Shown in pieces: positions 63,791 through 64,000 of a DNA stretch of 64,000 nt (positions are counted from its first letter, which is position 1; the number at the start of each line of letters is the position of its first letter). The notes beneath the pieces are model-generated. The model was not told where the DNA came from. It made no database searches and was given only the letters and a program-made list of their open reading frames with translations. The stretch lies in assembly GCF_001194135.2 (NCBI RefSeq), contig NC_068981.1, forward strand, positions 86,407,741 to 86,471,740, given 5' to 3'. This DNA is from Octopus bimaculoides. Lineage: Eukaryota. The position numbers and the translations under genes are program-made.

Positions 63791-64000
63791 GCTTTTGAGA
63801 GAGCGAGAGAGGAAGAGGTAGAGAGGGGGAGAGAAAGGAATAGGAGTAGTTAAAAGTTTTCTTATGACTGCTTCTCTTCACTGCCTATTACTTCATTAGA
63901 AATCTAAGGATGCACATAAGCACATAATAGAGAAAAATGAAACAAATATGGACGACTTGCTCCGAAACACCACCGAGTGGGGAACACTTCTCAAAAATAA

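Noticed and set aside
1-64000. CRISPR arrays, prokaryotic operons or defence systems
   Set aside because: The sequence is a spliced eukaryotic locus; the recurrent motifs are dispersed TE copies, not repeat-spacer arrays.

Overview
AT-rich, repeat-dense eukaryotic genomic window with assembly gaps, very likely from Octopus or another coleoid cephalopod. This rests on a cephalopod-like mitochondrial 16S insertion, the high-copy repeats with (GAT)n tails and TTAGGG-type repeats; it was recognised from memory, not from a database search. Two + strand protein-coding genes can be rebuilt with frame-consistent GT-AG junctions. (1) The 3' end of a Dopey/DOP1 gene: exons 290-345, 27107-27271, 27487-27613 and 28632-28970, with a 26.8-kb phase-2 intron. 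(2) The first eight exons of NOM1 (nucleolar MIF4G-domain protein 1; ATG at 37125), which continues past the window. The rest is RTE and CR1-like LINE debris, tRNA-derived SINEs, mariner/DD41D/DD37D-like transposons, hAT and piggyBac MITEs, Helitron-like elements, a Penelope-like element and a 16S NUMT. The strongest leads are: candidate in-frame phase-2 microexons in SINE-poor parts of the giant DOP1 intron; a Penelope 3' end made of a tRNA-like Pol III module, a (TAA)n spacer and a minimal hammerhead ribozyme, in sense inside NOM1 intron 1; a tRNA-Thr-like cassette clamped by inverted repeats inside a 78-bp duplication; a 97-bp palindrome with a degenerate hammerhead core; and a foldback element occupying the NOM1 promoter region. 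All microexon and RNA-structure claims are hypotheses that need RNA-seq or comparative data.
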